This document shows, one piece after another, positions 38,548 through 48,933 of a stretch of 64,000 nucleotides of DNA (position 1 is its first letter; the number at the start of each line of letters is the position of its first letter). A program made the position numbers and the translations under genes. Source of the DNA: Candidatus Woesebacteria bacterium (lineage in GTDB: Bacteria > Patescibacteriota > Microgenomatia > UBA1400 > PJMF01); assembly GCA_050123235.1 (NCBI GenBank), contig JASFHL010000007.1, forward strand, positions 75-64,074. The letters run 5' to 3'. The notes below the pieces were generated by a model. The model did no database searches. It was not told the DNA's origin and saw only the letters and a program-made list of their open reading frames with translations.

Positions 38548-39768
38548 ATGAAAAAGAAATTTAAAAAAACATTGAAAGTTGCCCTAGTTCATGATTTTTT
38601 GCGTGAATATGGCGGAGCAGAGCGTGTCTTAGAAGCTTTACATGAGATTTTTCCTAAAGCACCAGTTTATACTGCTTTTTTTGACAAAAAAGCCCTTGGT
38701 ATCCATTGGCAGGTTTTTAAAGATTGGGATCTACGTCAAACTTGGTTAAGTAAAATTCCTTTAATTAAAAAGATTTATTCTCCATTGCGTTTCTTAGCAC
38801 CTAAAGCTTTTGCTGATTTAGATTTATCTGATTTTGATTTAGTAATTTCCTCTTCTAATGCTTTTGAAGCAAAAGCAGTCTTGAGTAAGAACCGAGCTAT
38901 TTATAATGATGCCAGCACTCATGATCGTAAGCCTGTTCATATCTGTTATTGCCACACTCCGCCGCGAGCACTTTATGGCTATTCAACGATGTCATCTTGG
39001 AAAAAGAATCCAGTAATTCATTTTTTCGGTAATTTGATCAATCATTATATGAGAATAATTGATTATCAGCTGGCGCAAAAAGTTGACTATTTTATTGCTA
39101 ATTCAGAAGAAGTAAAAAAGAGAATTAAAAAGTTTTATCGTCGAGACTCAACAGTGATTAATCCTCCAGTCAATGTAGAAAAAAATTTTGAATTAGTAAA
39201 AAAATTGCGAGCCAATCTCAAACAAAAACAACTAAGTTCAAAAACTGAGAAAAAAATACAAGACTATTATCTTTTTATTTCTCGCCTTGGTTTGCAAAAA
39301 CATCCAGAATTAGCAGTACAGGCTTGTAAGCAACTAGAACTACCATTAAAGCTGGCAGGCACTGGTCAAATGCTAAGAAGTTTGAAAGAAATAGCTGGCC
39401 CTACGATTGAGTTTTTAGGGGCAGTCACTGAGCAGGAATTAGTTGAACTTTATCTTGGAGCTAAAGCCCTTTTGTATCCAGTAGAGGATGAAGATTTTGG
39501 AATTGTACCAGTAGAAGCAATGGCCTATGGATTGCCAGTGATTGCTCATCGATCTGGAGGGCCGCAAGAGACAATTTTAGAAGGCAAAACAGGTTTGTTT
39601 TTTAATGAGTTAAATGTAAAGTCTCTGATTGCATCAATTAAAAAATTTGAAAAATCAGATCATGAAAAATTCAATCCCCAAAGAATTCATCAGCATGCTT
39701 CACAGTTTAATAAAAGAAATTTTCAAAAGAAAATTTTGGCATTTATGAATAGAATTATTGAGAAATAA
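38548..39768 (+). CDS. GT4 glycosyltransferase
   Basis: GGAERVL, YCHTPPR, EDFGIVPVEAMAYG. Confidence 0.93.
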   Translation: MKKKFKKTLKVALVHDFLREYGGAERVLEALHEIFPKAPVYTAFFDKKALGIHWQVFKDWDLRQTWLSKIPLIKKIYSPLRFLAPKAFADLDLSDFDLVISSSNAFEAKAVLSKNRAIYNDASTHDRKPVHICYCHTPPRALYGYSTMSSWKKNPVIHFFGNLINHYMRIIDYQLAQKVDYFIANSEEVKKRIKKFYRRDSTVINPPVNVEKNFELVKKLRANLKQKQLSSKTEKKIQDYYLFISRLGLQKHPELAVQACKQLELPLKLAGTGQMLRSLKEIAGPTIEFLGAVTEQELVELYLGAKALLYPVEDEDFGIVPVEAMAYGLPVIAHRSGGPQETILEGKTGLFFNELNVKSLIASIKKFEKSDHEKFNPQRIHQHASQFNKRNFQKKILAFMNRIIEK

Positions 39769-39840
39769 AAATATGATAAAGTAATCTTGCTTTGGTTTGG
39801 CAGTGATCTTTTTAAAGTTTTTTAATTGCTCAACTAGAGA

Positions 39841-41355
39841 TTAGTTGACTTTCTCTAACTCCAGAAGCAAGACATCATTCACTCTCATATCTACCTGAGT
39901 GCCGATTCTACCATTAGCGCTTAAAATTTGCTGTCTGATTTCTTTTCCGTTAAGGAATTTATATTTTAAATTATAAGTTCCCATGTCTAAGTTAATAAAA
40001 GTGATAGGCACAATTTCTTTATGAGTCACTGCAGGATCAAAGTTAACTACTATCAGCACAATTTTACCTCCCTTATCTTTTGCTGCTATGGCTTTAATGT
40101 ATTGATTTTGGCCACTGAGTTTTAATTCTTCATCACCCAGGGAGTTAAGCATTCTAAGAGCATAAAAGCGAGGCTTGGCTTGATTTTCTGAATCTATTAT
40201 GCCCCAGCGTCCCCATTTGGTTTGGCCGTCAGGATTCTCACCATCCTGAATTTCAAAAATCAAAGCTTCCCTAATATTGTTGACCATTACAATGGATGTA
40301 GCTACTGTATGAGCAGCGCCATAATATGAATCATAGCCAGGATGATTTTCACTATCATGCCCCCATTCAGTGATATGTAATTCCAAACTACTTTGTAAGT
40401 CAGGATATTCTTTGCTCCAAGATTGAGCTTTTTTCATATCTTCTTCAAAATCTTCCAGGGAATGGCTGTAACGGTGCCAAGAAAAGAAATCTAGTCTTAG
40501 ATTGTTAGCTCTGGCGTGTTTTACTAAAGCATCAAACCAGCTTTTATAAAGACCAGTAGTAGCTGGACCTCCAAATTTAAAGTCTTCAACGCCTTTGGCA
40601 TTAGCAGCCCCTTTAGCTGCATGAGTGTAAAGCTCCAGGTAATTTTTATCACCTTGATAATCCCAGTCGCCAAAATGATCAGGTTCATTCCAAACTTCGT
40701 AATAAACATCTTTAATTTTTTTAGTTCCAGAAATATGTTCAATGCTGCGCTGCACTGTATATTGCCAATCTTCCCAGCGTTTTGGTTTATTAACCACATC
40801 TCCATCGGCAATTACAGGTGGCATATATCCAAGAGAAATATACGGCTTGGCACCACTAGCTAAAATATCATCTAGGATGAGATCAAATTTAGTCCAATCA
40901 AATTCCAAATTACCAGGTTCTCCTTTAACTATTTCATAAAAGTCATAAATATGGTCAATTCTGATATATTTTGGTTTTAAGGTTTTAACTTGGCTCAATA
41001 TTGGTTGCAATCGCCATTCTTTATCTTCTCCTCCTTGAGATAGATCTTGCCAAGGGCGTTGTAGAGGCCCGACCACAGAGCCAGTATCAATGACTAAATT
41101 GGCTGGCTGGCTGGCTAAAGCTGAGTCATCGATATCACTTTCACCTAGCACTTGCCTATGAGAACTAAGCCATTGAAAAATGCCAAAAGTGACTAAGAAC
41201 ATGGCTGTTATCACGAAACTAGCCACCATGAATTTTGAAGTAAAAATTTTATCCAAATGTTTATTTTCAATCTTTTTTGTTAAAATTTTACCCAATTTGA
41301 TTTTTTTTGATTGTTTCAGAGCTTTAATTTTTAGCTTTTTATCCATAATATCCAC
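39841..41355 (-). CDS. Membrane-anchored GH39-like glycoside hydrolase
   Basis: TM, YIRIDHI, EVWNEPD, GGPA, DFFSWHRY, HITEW. Confidence 0.8.
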   Translation of the reverse strand: MDIMDKKLKIKALKQSKKIKLGKILTKKIENKHLDKIFTSKFMVASFVITAMFLVTFGIFQWLSSHRQVLGESDIDDSALASQPANLVIDTGSVVGPLQRPWQDLSQGGEDKEWRLQPILSQVKTLKPKYIRIDHIYDFYEIVKGEPGNLEFDWTKFDLILDDILASGAKPYISLGYMPPVIADGDVVNKPKRWEDWQYTVQRSIEHISGTKKIKDVYYEVWNEPDHFGDWDYQGDKNYLELYTHAAKGAANAKGVEDFKFGGPATTGLYKSWFDALVKHARANNLRLDFFSWHRYSHSLEDFEEDMKKAQSWSKEYPDLQSSLELHITEWGHDSENHPGYDSYYGAAHTVATSIVMVNNIREALIFEIQDGENPDGQTKWGRWGIIDSENQAKPRFYALRMLNSLGDEELKLSGQNQYIKAIAAKDKGGKIVLIVVNFDPAVTHKEIVPITFINLDMGTYNLKYKFLNGKEIRQQILSANGRIGTQVDMRVNDVLLLELEKVN

Positions 41356-41441
41356 GATATCAAAATTTTTTTCTTAAAAGAAGTATTAATTACTAAATTA
41401 TTACTTTTTTAAATTTAAGGAGCTGGAAGTGAGTGGAGAGG

Positions 41442-41484
41442 ACATTATTGTACACAAATCTTGATCGTTGAAGCGAGGTTGGGC
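41442..41484 (+). repeat. Family A 5' fragment
   Basis: acattattgtacacaaatcttgatcgttgaagcgaggt resembles the 18614 copy's left arm and first core strand. Confidence 0.75.
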
Positions 41485-41491
41485 TTATTTG

Positions 41492-41688
41492 TATTATAGA
41501 TTAGTATTTTAATCACTTACATATATTATTAAACTAGGAACCTTGAAGTGAAGTCAAAAAAGATAAGAATAAGATATAAGTAAGGACTGAGCTTCAGAGA
41601 AGGAGCTCTGTAGTGATGATTTAGCAGCTAACTTACTGCGACTGTGTCCTAGTTTAATAATATATTAAGTGAAGTATAATACTATTCT
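41492..41688 (+). repeat. Hairpin repeat subfamily B, copy 1
   Basis: IR 41513-41539/41647-41672; core tgaagt-ga-agtc...gact-ga-gcttca and ag-ga-gc...gc-ga-ct; highly similar to 50753-50948. Confidence 0.92.
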
Positions 41689-41696
41689 TAATCTGC

Positions 41697-41731
41697 TTGA
41701 CTTTTTAGCAGTCTATAAGATATATTGCTAG
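41697..41731 (+). promoter_or_regulatory. hrcA promoter and variant CIRCE
   Basis: TTGACT 41697, TATATT 41721; TTAGCAGTC-N9-TATTGCTAG 41705-41731. Confidence 0.82.
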
Positions 41732-41734
41732 CAA

Positions 41735-42454
41735 ATGATCGATCTTGTAGCTAGGCAAGTTCAAATTTTACGTGCCATTATTGAAGAATTTATCCAAACC
41801 GCTAAACCAGTTGGTTCTGAAACTATTGATAAAAAATATAACATTGGTGTTTCTCCAGCAACCATTCGCAACGAAATGGTTTATCTAACCAAACAAGGTT
41901 ATTTAAATAAAGCTCATACCAGCTCTGGTAGAGTACCTACGCCTTTGGCTCTAAAACTTTATGTTAATGAACTGATGAAAGAGAAGGAGCTATCAGTGGC
42001 AGATGAAGTTGGTGCTAAAGAGAAAATCTGGGAGAGCAGGAAAGAAGTAGATAGACTTTTGCATGAGTCGGCCAAGGTCCTAGCCAATAAAGCCAAAGCC
42101 TTAGGTTTGGCTATGACTGATGAACGTCGACTTTATCATGCTGGTTATGCCAACTTACTCCACATGCCTGAATTCTATGATATTAAAGTGATGCGCCATG
42201 TTTTGACCCTAATTGAAGAGGCTAGTCTGATGGAAGAAGTTTTTGAACAAGGAGCCAGTGAAAATCCTGTTCAATTAGTTTTTGGCCAGGAGTTAGGCAA
42301 CAAGCATTTGGAACCAATCAGTATTATTTACATTTCAGTTAATGCCGGTGGTCACCCTTGTAAAGTTGGAGTTTTGGGTTCCAACCGTTTTGATTATCCA
42401 TACTTAATTCCAATGATGAAATACTTCAAAGCTCTAATTGAAGAGATGGTGTAA
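41735..42454 (+). CDS. hrcA: Heat-inducible repressor HrcA (short form)
   Basis: PVGS, SPATIRNEM, HTSSGRVPT; precedes grpE-dnaK. Confidence 0.93.
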   Translation: MIDLVARQVQILRAIIEEFIQTAKPVGSETIDKKYNIGVSPATIRNEMVYLTKQGYLNKAHTSSGRVPTPLALKLYVNELMKEKELSVADEVGAKEKIWESRKEVDRLLHESAKVLANKAKALGLAMTDERRLYHAGYANLLHMPEFYDIKVMRHVLTLIEEASLMEEVFEQGASENPVQLVFGQELGNKHLEPISIIYISVNAGGHPCKVGVLGSNRFDYPYLIPMMKYFKALIEEMV

Positions 42455-42464
42455 AATATTCCAT

Positions 42465-42968
42465 ATGAAAAAAGATCAAAGTAAGCATGCCAAAGTTAAA
42501 GTTACTGCTGCTAAAAATTCAACTTCAAAACAAAAGAAGTCAGAATTAGCTCAACTGAAATCTCTTTGCCAAGAATTACAAACAAAATTAACAGCTGCAG
42601 AAGAAAAAGAAAAGCGAACTTTAGCAGACTATCAAAATTTAATCAGGCGCAATCGTGAAGAAAGAGCAGCTCTGATTAAAATGGCAAACAAAGATTTACT
42701 ATCAGGATTATTACAAGCACTTGATAATCTTAGTCGCGCTAGTCAGGAAATTGATAATCCTGGACTTAATATGGTTATTAAGCAATTTTGGCAAAGCTTA
42801 AAAGAATTTGGTTTGGAAGAGATTGAAGTAATGGATCAAGAATTTGATGTCGATACTATGGAAGTGGTAGATAAAAAAGATAAAGCCAAAAAAGTAATTG
42901 CAGTGGTCAGCAAAGGTTATAAACTTAATGGTGAAGTCATACAACACGCCAAGGTAATTTTAGATTAA
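42465..42968 (+). CDS. grpE: Nucleotide exchange factor GrpE
   Basis: RTLADYQNLIRR, LDNLSRA, KGYKLNGEVIQHAKV. Confidence 0.95.
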   Translation: MKKDQSKHAKVKVTAAKNSTSKQKKSELAQLKSLCQELQTKLTAAEEKEKRTLADYQNLIRRNREERAALIKMANKDLLSGLLQALDNLSRASQEIDNPGLNMVIKQFWQSLKEFGLEEIEVMDQEFDVDTMEVVDKKDKAKKVIAVVSKGYKLNGEVIQHAKVILD

Positions 42969-43013
42969 TATTTCATGCTTTTTACTAAATTTAAAAATTC
43001 CTACTTGCAAAAA

Positions 43014-43040
43014 TTAGCAGTCTATGATTTACTCTGCTAA
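43014..43040 (+). promoter_or_regulatory. Variant CIRCE upstream of dnaK
   Basis: TTAGCAGTC-N9-CTCTGCTAA. Confidence 0.85.
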
Positions 43041-43083
43041 TAGTCGTGATTGAATATAATAATAATTTATAAATTAGATTTTA

Positions 43084-43242
43084 ACATTTACTACAGATAA
43101 ATTTTGAAGCGTTGAAGTGAGGTCTGGCTAGGCTTGAAGTAGCAAGTAATTTACTACCGAACTTCACCGAGTGAGCCTTATGTTTAGAAAGATAACGAAA
43201 ATGTAGCAGCGAACGACTCCAAAATTTATCTGTAGTAAATGT
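43084..43242 (+). repeat. Hairpin repeat family A, full copy in the dnaK leader
   Basis: Perfect 23 bp IR 43084-43106/43220-43242; core tgaagt-ga-ggt...acc-ga-acttca, gtgagc...gcgaac. Confidence 0.92.
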
Positions 43243-43292
43243 GACACAATCTTATTTTTAATAAATGTTAAAACAAAATATAAGGAGAATAT

Positions 43293-45254
43293 ATGGCAAA
43301 CAAAACTACTGCTAAAATCATTGGTATTGATCTTGGAACCACTAATTCTGCTGTGGCTGTCATGGAAGCAGGTACAGCCAAAGTTATTCCAACAGCTGAA
43401 GGTCGCAATACTTTTCCTTCAATTGTTTCTTTCAAAGGAAAAGAAATCAAAGTTGGTGATCCAGCTAAACGCCAAATGGTGATGAATCCCAAGACTACTG
43501 TCCACTCAGTCAAAAGATTTATGGGTAGGCGTTTAAAAGATAAAGAAGTGCAAACTGCTATCAAAAATGTATCTTATGATATTGTGGAAGGTAAAGATGG
43601 CATGGCTGTGGTTGAAGTAGCTGGTAAAAAATATACTCCTCAAGAAATTTCTGCCAAAGTTTTATCTAAAGCTAAAGAGGATGCAGAAAGCTATCTGGGC
43701 TCCAAAGTTGAGCGAGCAGTGATTACTGTGCCAGCATATTTTGATGACTCCCAGCGTCAAGCTACCAAGCAAGCTGGTGAAATTGCTGGGCTGAAAGTAG
43801 AAAGAATTGTTAATGAGCCAACCGCTGCTGCTTTGGCCTATGGTTTGGATAAAAAAGGTAGCCAAACGATTGCTGTTTATGATCTTGGTGGTGGTACTTT
43901 TGATATTTCCATTTTAGAAATTGGAGACGGTGTTTTTGAAGTTAAATCTACCAATGGTGACACTTTTCTTGGTGGGAATGATTTTGATAATAAAATCATG
44001 GATTGGATTGTAGATGAATTTAAAAAAGAAACAGGCAAAGATCTATCCAAAGACCCACAAGCTATGCAGCGCATTAAGGATAGCGCAGAAAAAGCTAAAA
44101 TAGAGTTATCATCTTCTCAACAAACTGAGATCAATCAACCTTTTATTGCTCAAGGTGAAGACGGTCAAGCTTTACATCTTACCATGACACTCAGTCGTTC
44201 TAAGCTTGAAGAACTAGTTGATGATCTGATCAAAAGATCTATTACCCCGGTTAAAAAGGCACTCAAAGATGCCAAGCTAGATCCCAAAGATATTGACGAA
44301 GTGATCTTGGTTGGTGGTCAAACTAGGATGCCTAAAGTTCAAGAGGAAGTTAAAAAATTGTTTGGCAAGGAAGCACACAAAGGGGTTAATCCTGATGAGG
44401 TAGTGGCCATTGGCGCAGCTGTGCAAGCTGGCGTGATTTCTGGCGATGTTTCTGATGTAGTGCTTTTGGATGTCACTCCCTTGACTCTAGGTTTGGAAAC
44501 TTTAGGAGGAATTAGGACTCCTCTGATCGAGCGTAATACCACCATTCCCACCAGCAAGTCTCAGACTTTTTCAACAGCTGCTGATAATCAAACCCAAGTG
44601 GAAATTAATGTACTACAGGGCGAGCGCGAAATGGCTGCTGACAACAAAAGTTTAGGTCGTTTTTTCCTGGATGGTATTCCACCTGCTCCAAGAGGTGTGC
44701 CTCAAGTTGAAGTGGCCTTTGACATTGATTCCAATGGTATTCTGAACGTCACTGCTAAGGATAAAAATACTGGCAAAGAACAAAAAATTACCATTCAAAA
44801 CTCAACTAATTTGTCTGATGAAGAAATTGAAAAAATGAAAACTGACGCAGAAAAGCATGCTGAGGAAGATAAACAAAAGAAAGAGTTGATAGAAAGCAAA
44901 AACAAAGCCAATAGTGTTGCCTTTGAAATAGAAAAACAGCTCAAAGAATACGGTGATAAACTTGATGAAAAAGACAAAACCGCCATTGAAGAGAATGTAA
45001 AACAGCTCAAAGAAATGGCAGCCAAAGAGGACGCTAAAAAAGAAGAGTTGGATAAGGCTGTAGAAGAAACTCTCACTAGCGCTCAAAAAATTGGTGAGGC
45101 CATGCAAAAAGCACAAGCTACTCAGGCACAAGCAGGCGCTGGGGCTAAAGGTGATGATGCTGGTAAAGGCGGCAAAAAAAAGGCCAAAAAATCAGACAAA
45201 AAAGCTGCTGATGAGAAAAAAGATGCTGAAGAAGGGGAGGTAGTTGAAGAATAA
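43293..45254 (+). CDS. dnaK: Chaperone DnaK
   Basis: [32 protein letters not shown]. Confidence 0.99.
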   Translation: MANKTTAKIIGIDLGTTNSAVAVMEAGTAKVIPTAEGRNTFPSIVSFKGKEIKVGDPAKRQMVMNPKTTVHSVKRFMGRRLKDKEVQTAIKNVSYDIVEGKDGMAVVEVAGKKYTPQEISAKVLSKAKEDAESYLGSKVERAVITVPAYFDDSQRQATKQAGEIAGLKVERIVNEPTAAALAYGLDKKGSQTIAVYDLGGGTFDISILEIGDGVFEVKSTNGDTFLGGNDFDNKIMDWIVDEFKKETGKDLSKDPQAMQRIKDSAEKAKIELSSSQQTEINQPFIAQGEDGQALHLTMTLSRSKLEELVDDLIKRSITPVKKALKDAKLDPKDIDEVILVGGQTRMPKVQEEVKKLFGKEAHKGVNPDEVVAIGAAVQAGVISGDVSDVVLLDVTPLTLGLETLGGIRTPLIERNTTIPTSKSQTFSTAADNQTQVEINVLQGEREMAADNKSLGRFFLDGIPPAPRGVPQVEVAFDIDSNGILNVTAKDKNTGKEQKITIQNSTNLSDEEIEKMKTDAEKHAEEDKQKKELIESKNKANSVAFEIEKQLKEYGDKLDEKDKTAIEENVKQLKEMAAKEDAKKEELDKAVEETLTSAQKIGEAMQKAQATQAQAGAGAKGDDAGKGGKKKAKKSDKKAADEKKDAEEGEVVEE

Positions 45255-45321
45255 GGGGATGAGTTTGAGTTGATTTTCAAGATCAGCAAATTTAGCTGCA
45301 TATTGATCGTAATATTATTAG

Positions 45322-45753
45322 TTAAAAACTAACTTTAGCTGTGTCCCAATCAAAAACAGGATCAGCAGTTGCTTCTTAACTTTGCTTCATCCATCTCTGG
45401 TGATGCCTCAGCTATGCCTACTCTGCTTCTAACTAATCTAAAAGTTGTTTTATCTCTGCTAAGGACTGCTCTACTTTGTCTTTATCTACATATTGTACTT
45501 TATTAGGAAAATACATTCTTTTTAACAAACGTTTTACCTTTAGCAAGGTATCAATCGCGGTTATGTCCAGACTAGCTATCTTTCCCTCATCACCATAAGG
45601 ATATAAACGCATAGCTATCGCTATAAAGCTGTCATATAATTCTCCCTAACCTTCCTGCCTATATAAAATGATGTTATTTACATAGTCATAAAAAAGATTT
45701 CTAAAAAAATCTTGAGCAGAATTGATTTCCCTTTGACGATCCATTTCTGACAT
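45322..45753 (-). pseudogene. Unframeshifted reading frame with 4 internal TAG and 1 TAA
   Basis: SD aaagga plus ATG 45753; MSEMDRQ..RQEG*GELY..LLD*LEAE*A*LRHHQRWMKQS*EATADPVFDW..F*. Confidence 0.65.
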
Positions 45754-45825
45754 AAGTTATCCTTTCGGAGTTAAATTTTAAAAATTATTAATAGCTTGAT
45801 TATACTACAAAAAATTAGATGATTA

Positions 45826-45854
45826 TTGACATATAATTATACATATAATATTAT
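45826..45854 (+). promoter_or_regulatory. TA operon promoter with tandem operator repeats
   Basis: TTGACA-N17-TATTAT; ACATATAAT at 45829 and 45841. Confidence 0.7.
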
Positions 45855-45861
45855 GTTTTAT

Positions 45862-46131
45862 ATGAGTCTAATGCCAACCATCGTCTCAGCTAGGGACATT
45901 CAAAGGAATTATCGCAAGATATTTGACCAAGTTAAAAATTCTAATCCTATTTTTGTGTTAAACAACAATCAACCTGAAGTAGCTATTATTGATATTAAAT
46001 TACTTGAAAGGCTATATCAAAAAGCCAAAAGAACCGACTTGCTAGAAGCATTGCAAGCTGTTAATATCTATCAAAAAGAGAAACAACTTAAGAAACTCAA
46101 AAAACTAAATTCACTTCGAGACTTGACTTAA
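45862..46131 (+). CDS. Phd/YefM-family antitoxin
   Basis: IVSARDIQRNYRKIFDQV..PIFVLNNNQPEVAII. Confidence 0.85.
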   Translation: MSLMPTIVSARDIQRNYRKIFDQVKNSNPIFVLNNNQPEVAIIDIKLLERLYQKAKRTDLLEALQAVNIYQKEKQLKKLKKLNSLRDLT

Positions 46132-46189
46132 ATCATTTAGTCTAATTAGCTGCCCAATACTCAGATAATTTTTTAATCACATTCAATTA

Positions 46190-46456
46190 ATGAATATCCA
46201 TACTATCTACTATACAAGCCATTTTGCCAAAAAGTATAAAAAGCTCCCTGTGAGAATCAAAAAATTAGCAGAAAAAAAAGAAAAAGTTTTTAGAAATAAC
46301 CTTGCTGCAAAAATATTGAAAACTCATAAATTAACTGGAAAATTAAAAAATTACTATGCTTTTTCCATTAATCGAGAATACCGCATTTTATTTTGTTTTG
46401 AAAAAGATGGCAGTGTGACTTTTATTAATATCGGGACGCACGCGATTTATCAATAG
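46190..46456 (+). CDS. RelE/YafQ-family mRNA interferase toxin
   Basis: YTSHFAKKYKKL, LKTHKLTGKL, SINREYRI, IGTHAIY. Confidence 0.9.
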   Translation: MNIHTIYYTSHFAKKYKKLPVRIKKLAEKKEKVFRNNLAAKILKTHKLTGKLKNYYAFSINREYRILFCFEKDGSVTFINIGTHAIYQ

Positions 46457-46554
46457 GCTGGTCCATTGTTAATACTCTTTCAGAGTAAGCTGTTTATTTC
46501 AGCAACATTTAAACATCCTTTGCCTTGCTCTAAATTAGCTTGTAAACTAAAAGC

Positions 46555-48120
46555 ATGAAGCATAAACAAGCTTTGTTTGGTTTGTTGCTAGTTTTAAAAA
46601 AAGAAAAAAAATTAATTGCTATTTGTTTTGCTCTCTGTGCGCTTTTTCTTTTTCTTAGAATTTATAAACTTACTAGCTCATTTGAGCTGTTTGCTGATAT
46701 CGGACGTGATTTGCATGTCTTGATGTTGATGGTGATTGAAAAAAAACCACCTCTTTTAGGGCCGAGTACTAGCTGGCTGCCCATTAACCAAAGCCCAATA
46801 TATTTTTATATGCTTGTGCCGATTTTCTTACTTAGTGGCTTTTCCGGCTTTACTGTTCAGCTTACAGTTTTTGCCTTGTATTTAGTTTTTTTTGTGCTGG
46901 GAGTTTTATTTTTGCGACAGGATAAATTACTCTTAGCTGTGTTACTGGTAACAGCTTTACTGCTGACTATGCACCCAGAAGTTGTTTTACAAACTAGGTT
47001 ACCATGGAATCCTTCATTTGCTCCGCCTTTTTTACTCATGAGTATTTTTGTTTTAGTTTTGTTGCGGCAGAAATTTAGTCAATTAAAACTTTTTTTCCTA
47101 AGCTTGGGTTTGGTAATAGCAATTGCCTTGAGTTACTCCAATTTTCCAATCTTATCTTTGTTTTTTCTGTATTTGCTTTTCTCGTTTAGAAAAAATAGAC
47201 AGAGAATCTTGTCACTTTTTAGCAGTTTTTTCGTTTCTTTTTTGATTGCTTTTTTGCCAATTCTGATTTTTGAACTCAGAAATAAATTTTTCTTTTTCAA
47301 GCGTCTGACTATGGACGAACCATTTTTGATGAAGCCAAAAATTGATTATTTGCAAAAACTCACTTTATTTTTGAAATATTTAGGAGGTAGTTTTTTACCA
47401 GAGATGAATAGCTTAGTACTGCTAGTCATGTTTTTAGCCTTGTTGATTAATTTAATTTTGATCAAAGGACAATGGTGGCATAATTTTTTAAACAGAAAAA
47501 ACAAAAATGCTAAGGCAGCTAAGAAAGTTAGCAAGAACAAAGCTGTGAAAAAAACTAATTTTTCAGAACAAGATCAGTTATTTCTTTTCTTTTTAAAATT
47601 CTTCTTATTAATCTTTTTCTTTACTCTGCTGATGCCATTTAAGATTATGGCTCATTATATTTTTGCCACTTTGTGCTTGCTGTTTGTCACTTTGGCTTTA
47701 ATCAGGAAAGAACTGCTTTTGCCGTTGCTAGTAATTTTAGCCTTAATTTGGTTGCGACCAAGACAAGTCATTTTTTATACTGCCCCAGCCAAAAGGACAG
47801 TAGCTCAACTAGAAGCTTGTGCTAAAAAAGTTTGTCAAATAGAAAAAGAGCCGCTCTTTGTAACAGTGCAGGCTTGGTATCATTATCATTTTGCACCAGA
47901 TCATATTTTTTTCATGAATAAACATGGTTGCCAAGCTAGAGATATCACACAAAGTCCGGGCTTTGCTAATAAAATGGCCGTAGTCTCTGATCAATCAAAG
48001 TATGAACATGGTAAAACAGCTTTTAATGAGTTGACTTTATTTGGTGAGTCTGAATTGATGTTAGAATATCATTGCGAGGGTAATATTAGTATCTATATAT
48101 TAGAGAGGGTAGCAGAATAG
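46555..48120 (+). CDS. GT-C (ArnT/PMT-like) membrane glycosyltransferase
   Basis: DIGRD, LLGP, WNP, FELRN; many TM. Confidence 0.7.
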   Translation: MKHKQALFGLLLVLKKEKKLIAICFALCALFLFLRIYKLTSSFELFADIGRDLHVLMLMVIEKKPPLLGPSTSWLPINQSPIYFYMLVPIFLLSGFSGFTVQLTVFALYLVFFVLGVLFLRQDKLLLAVLLVTALLLTMHPEVVLQTRLPWNPSFAPPFLLMSIFVLVLLRQKFSQLKLFFLSLGLVIAIALSYSNFPILSLFFLYLLFSFRKNRQRILSLFSSFFVSFLIAFLPILIFELRNKFFFFKRLTMDEPFLMKPKIDYLQKLTLFLKYLGGSFLPEMNSLVLLVMFLALLINLILIKGQWWHNFLNRKNKNAKAAKKVSKNKAVKKTNFSEQDQLFLFFLKFFLLIFFFTLLMPFKIMAHYIFATLCLLFVTLALIRKELLLPLLVILALIWLRPRQVIFYTAPAKRTVAQLEACAKKVCQIEKEPLFVTVQAWYHYHFAPDHIFFMNKHGCQARDITQSPGFANKMAVVSDQSKYEHGKTAFNELTLFGESELMLEYHCEGNISIYILERVAE

Positions 48121-48125
48121 AATTT

Positions 48126-48860
48126 ATGTCAGAAATAGAAACCATCCAAGAACCACAAAATTATCAAGAAGCTAAAGAATTCTTGATCAATTCAAGTCAT
48201 CCTAGAACTCATGCTGGTAAAGATACTAGAATTGCTCTCTTGAATAAAGTTTATGAAGGGGAAAGAGAAACTGTTTATGCAAAAATGCTTCAACAATATT
48301 TAAAAAAAGCATTTGAAGATAGAAGACGAGGCACAATTTTTCATTTATTGGAATTTCCAGAAACACGCAGATTAATGCTCATTAAAGCAGATAAAGATCG
48401 TTTCCCTAGAGAAATGTATGCAGAGGAAGTAAAAATTTTTCCCAGTGAATTATTGCCCTTTTTCCGTAATTATCTTGAAAGAATTGAAAGCTACTGCCAG
48501 GATCTCGATCCAAACACAGAGCGAGATGCAGAAGTAAAAACTCGAGTAGAAGAATTATTATTGGCAATTTTAAATAAACAAATTCCTGATACTAATTTTA
48601 CGCTTTATAAATTTTTATTTGATCATTTCAGGAGGAGTGATACTTCTCTAGATGAAACAAAAGGTGTTATTTATGATTATATAAGCTTGCCACTCAGTAA
48701 TTTAATTTTAGAAATAAAAAGTCATGCTGAAGATAGAAAATATCAAATGGCTAAAAGAGCCAGAATTATTTCAGAAGATCAATTTAGAAGAATAAAAACA
48801 TGGGAAGATGCTGATAGACAAAAAGGGTTACTACGAGCTAGACAAGCTAGGCTGCGCTAA
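48126..48860 (+). CDS. Hypothetical soluble protein
   Basis: 244 aa charged helical ORF. Confidence 0.6.
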   Translation: MSEIETIQEPQNYQEAKEFLINSSHPRTHAGKDTRIALLNKVYEGERETVYAKMLQQYLKKAFEDRRRGTIFHLLEFPETRRLMLIKADKDRFPREMYAEEVKIFPSELLPFFRNYLERIESYCQDLDPNTERDAEVKTRVEELLLAILNKQIPDTNFTLYKFLFDHFRRSDTSLDETKGVIYDYISLPLSNLILEIKSHAEDRKYQMAKRARIISEDQFRRIKTWEDADRQKGLLRARQARLR

Positions 48861-48933
48861 GCCGCTAAGTAAGTATAAAATCTCGCAGTCGCTAGTTGTT
48901 AAGATCTAAGCTCAGGCATTACAATATTGCTAA

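Noticed and set aside
45834-45861. dif-like site (ttatgttttat)
   Set aside because: No XerC arm; better explained as the TA promoter/operator
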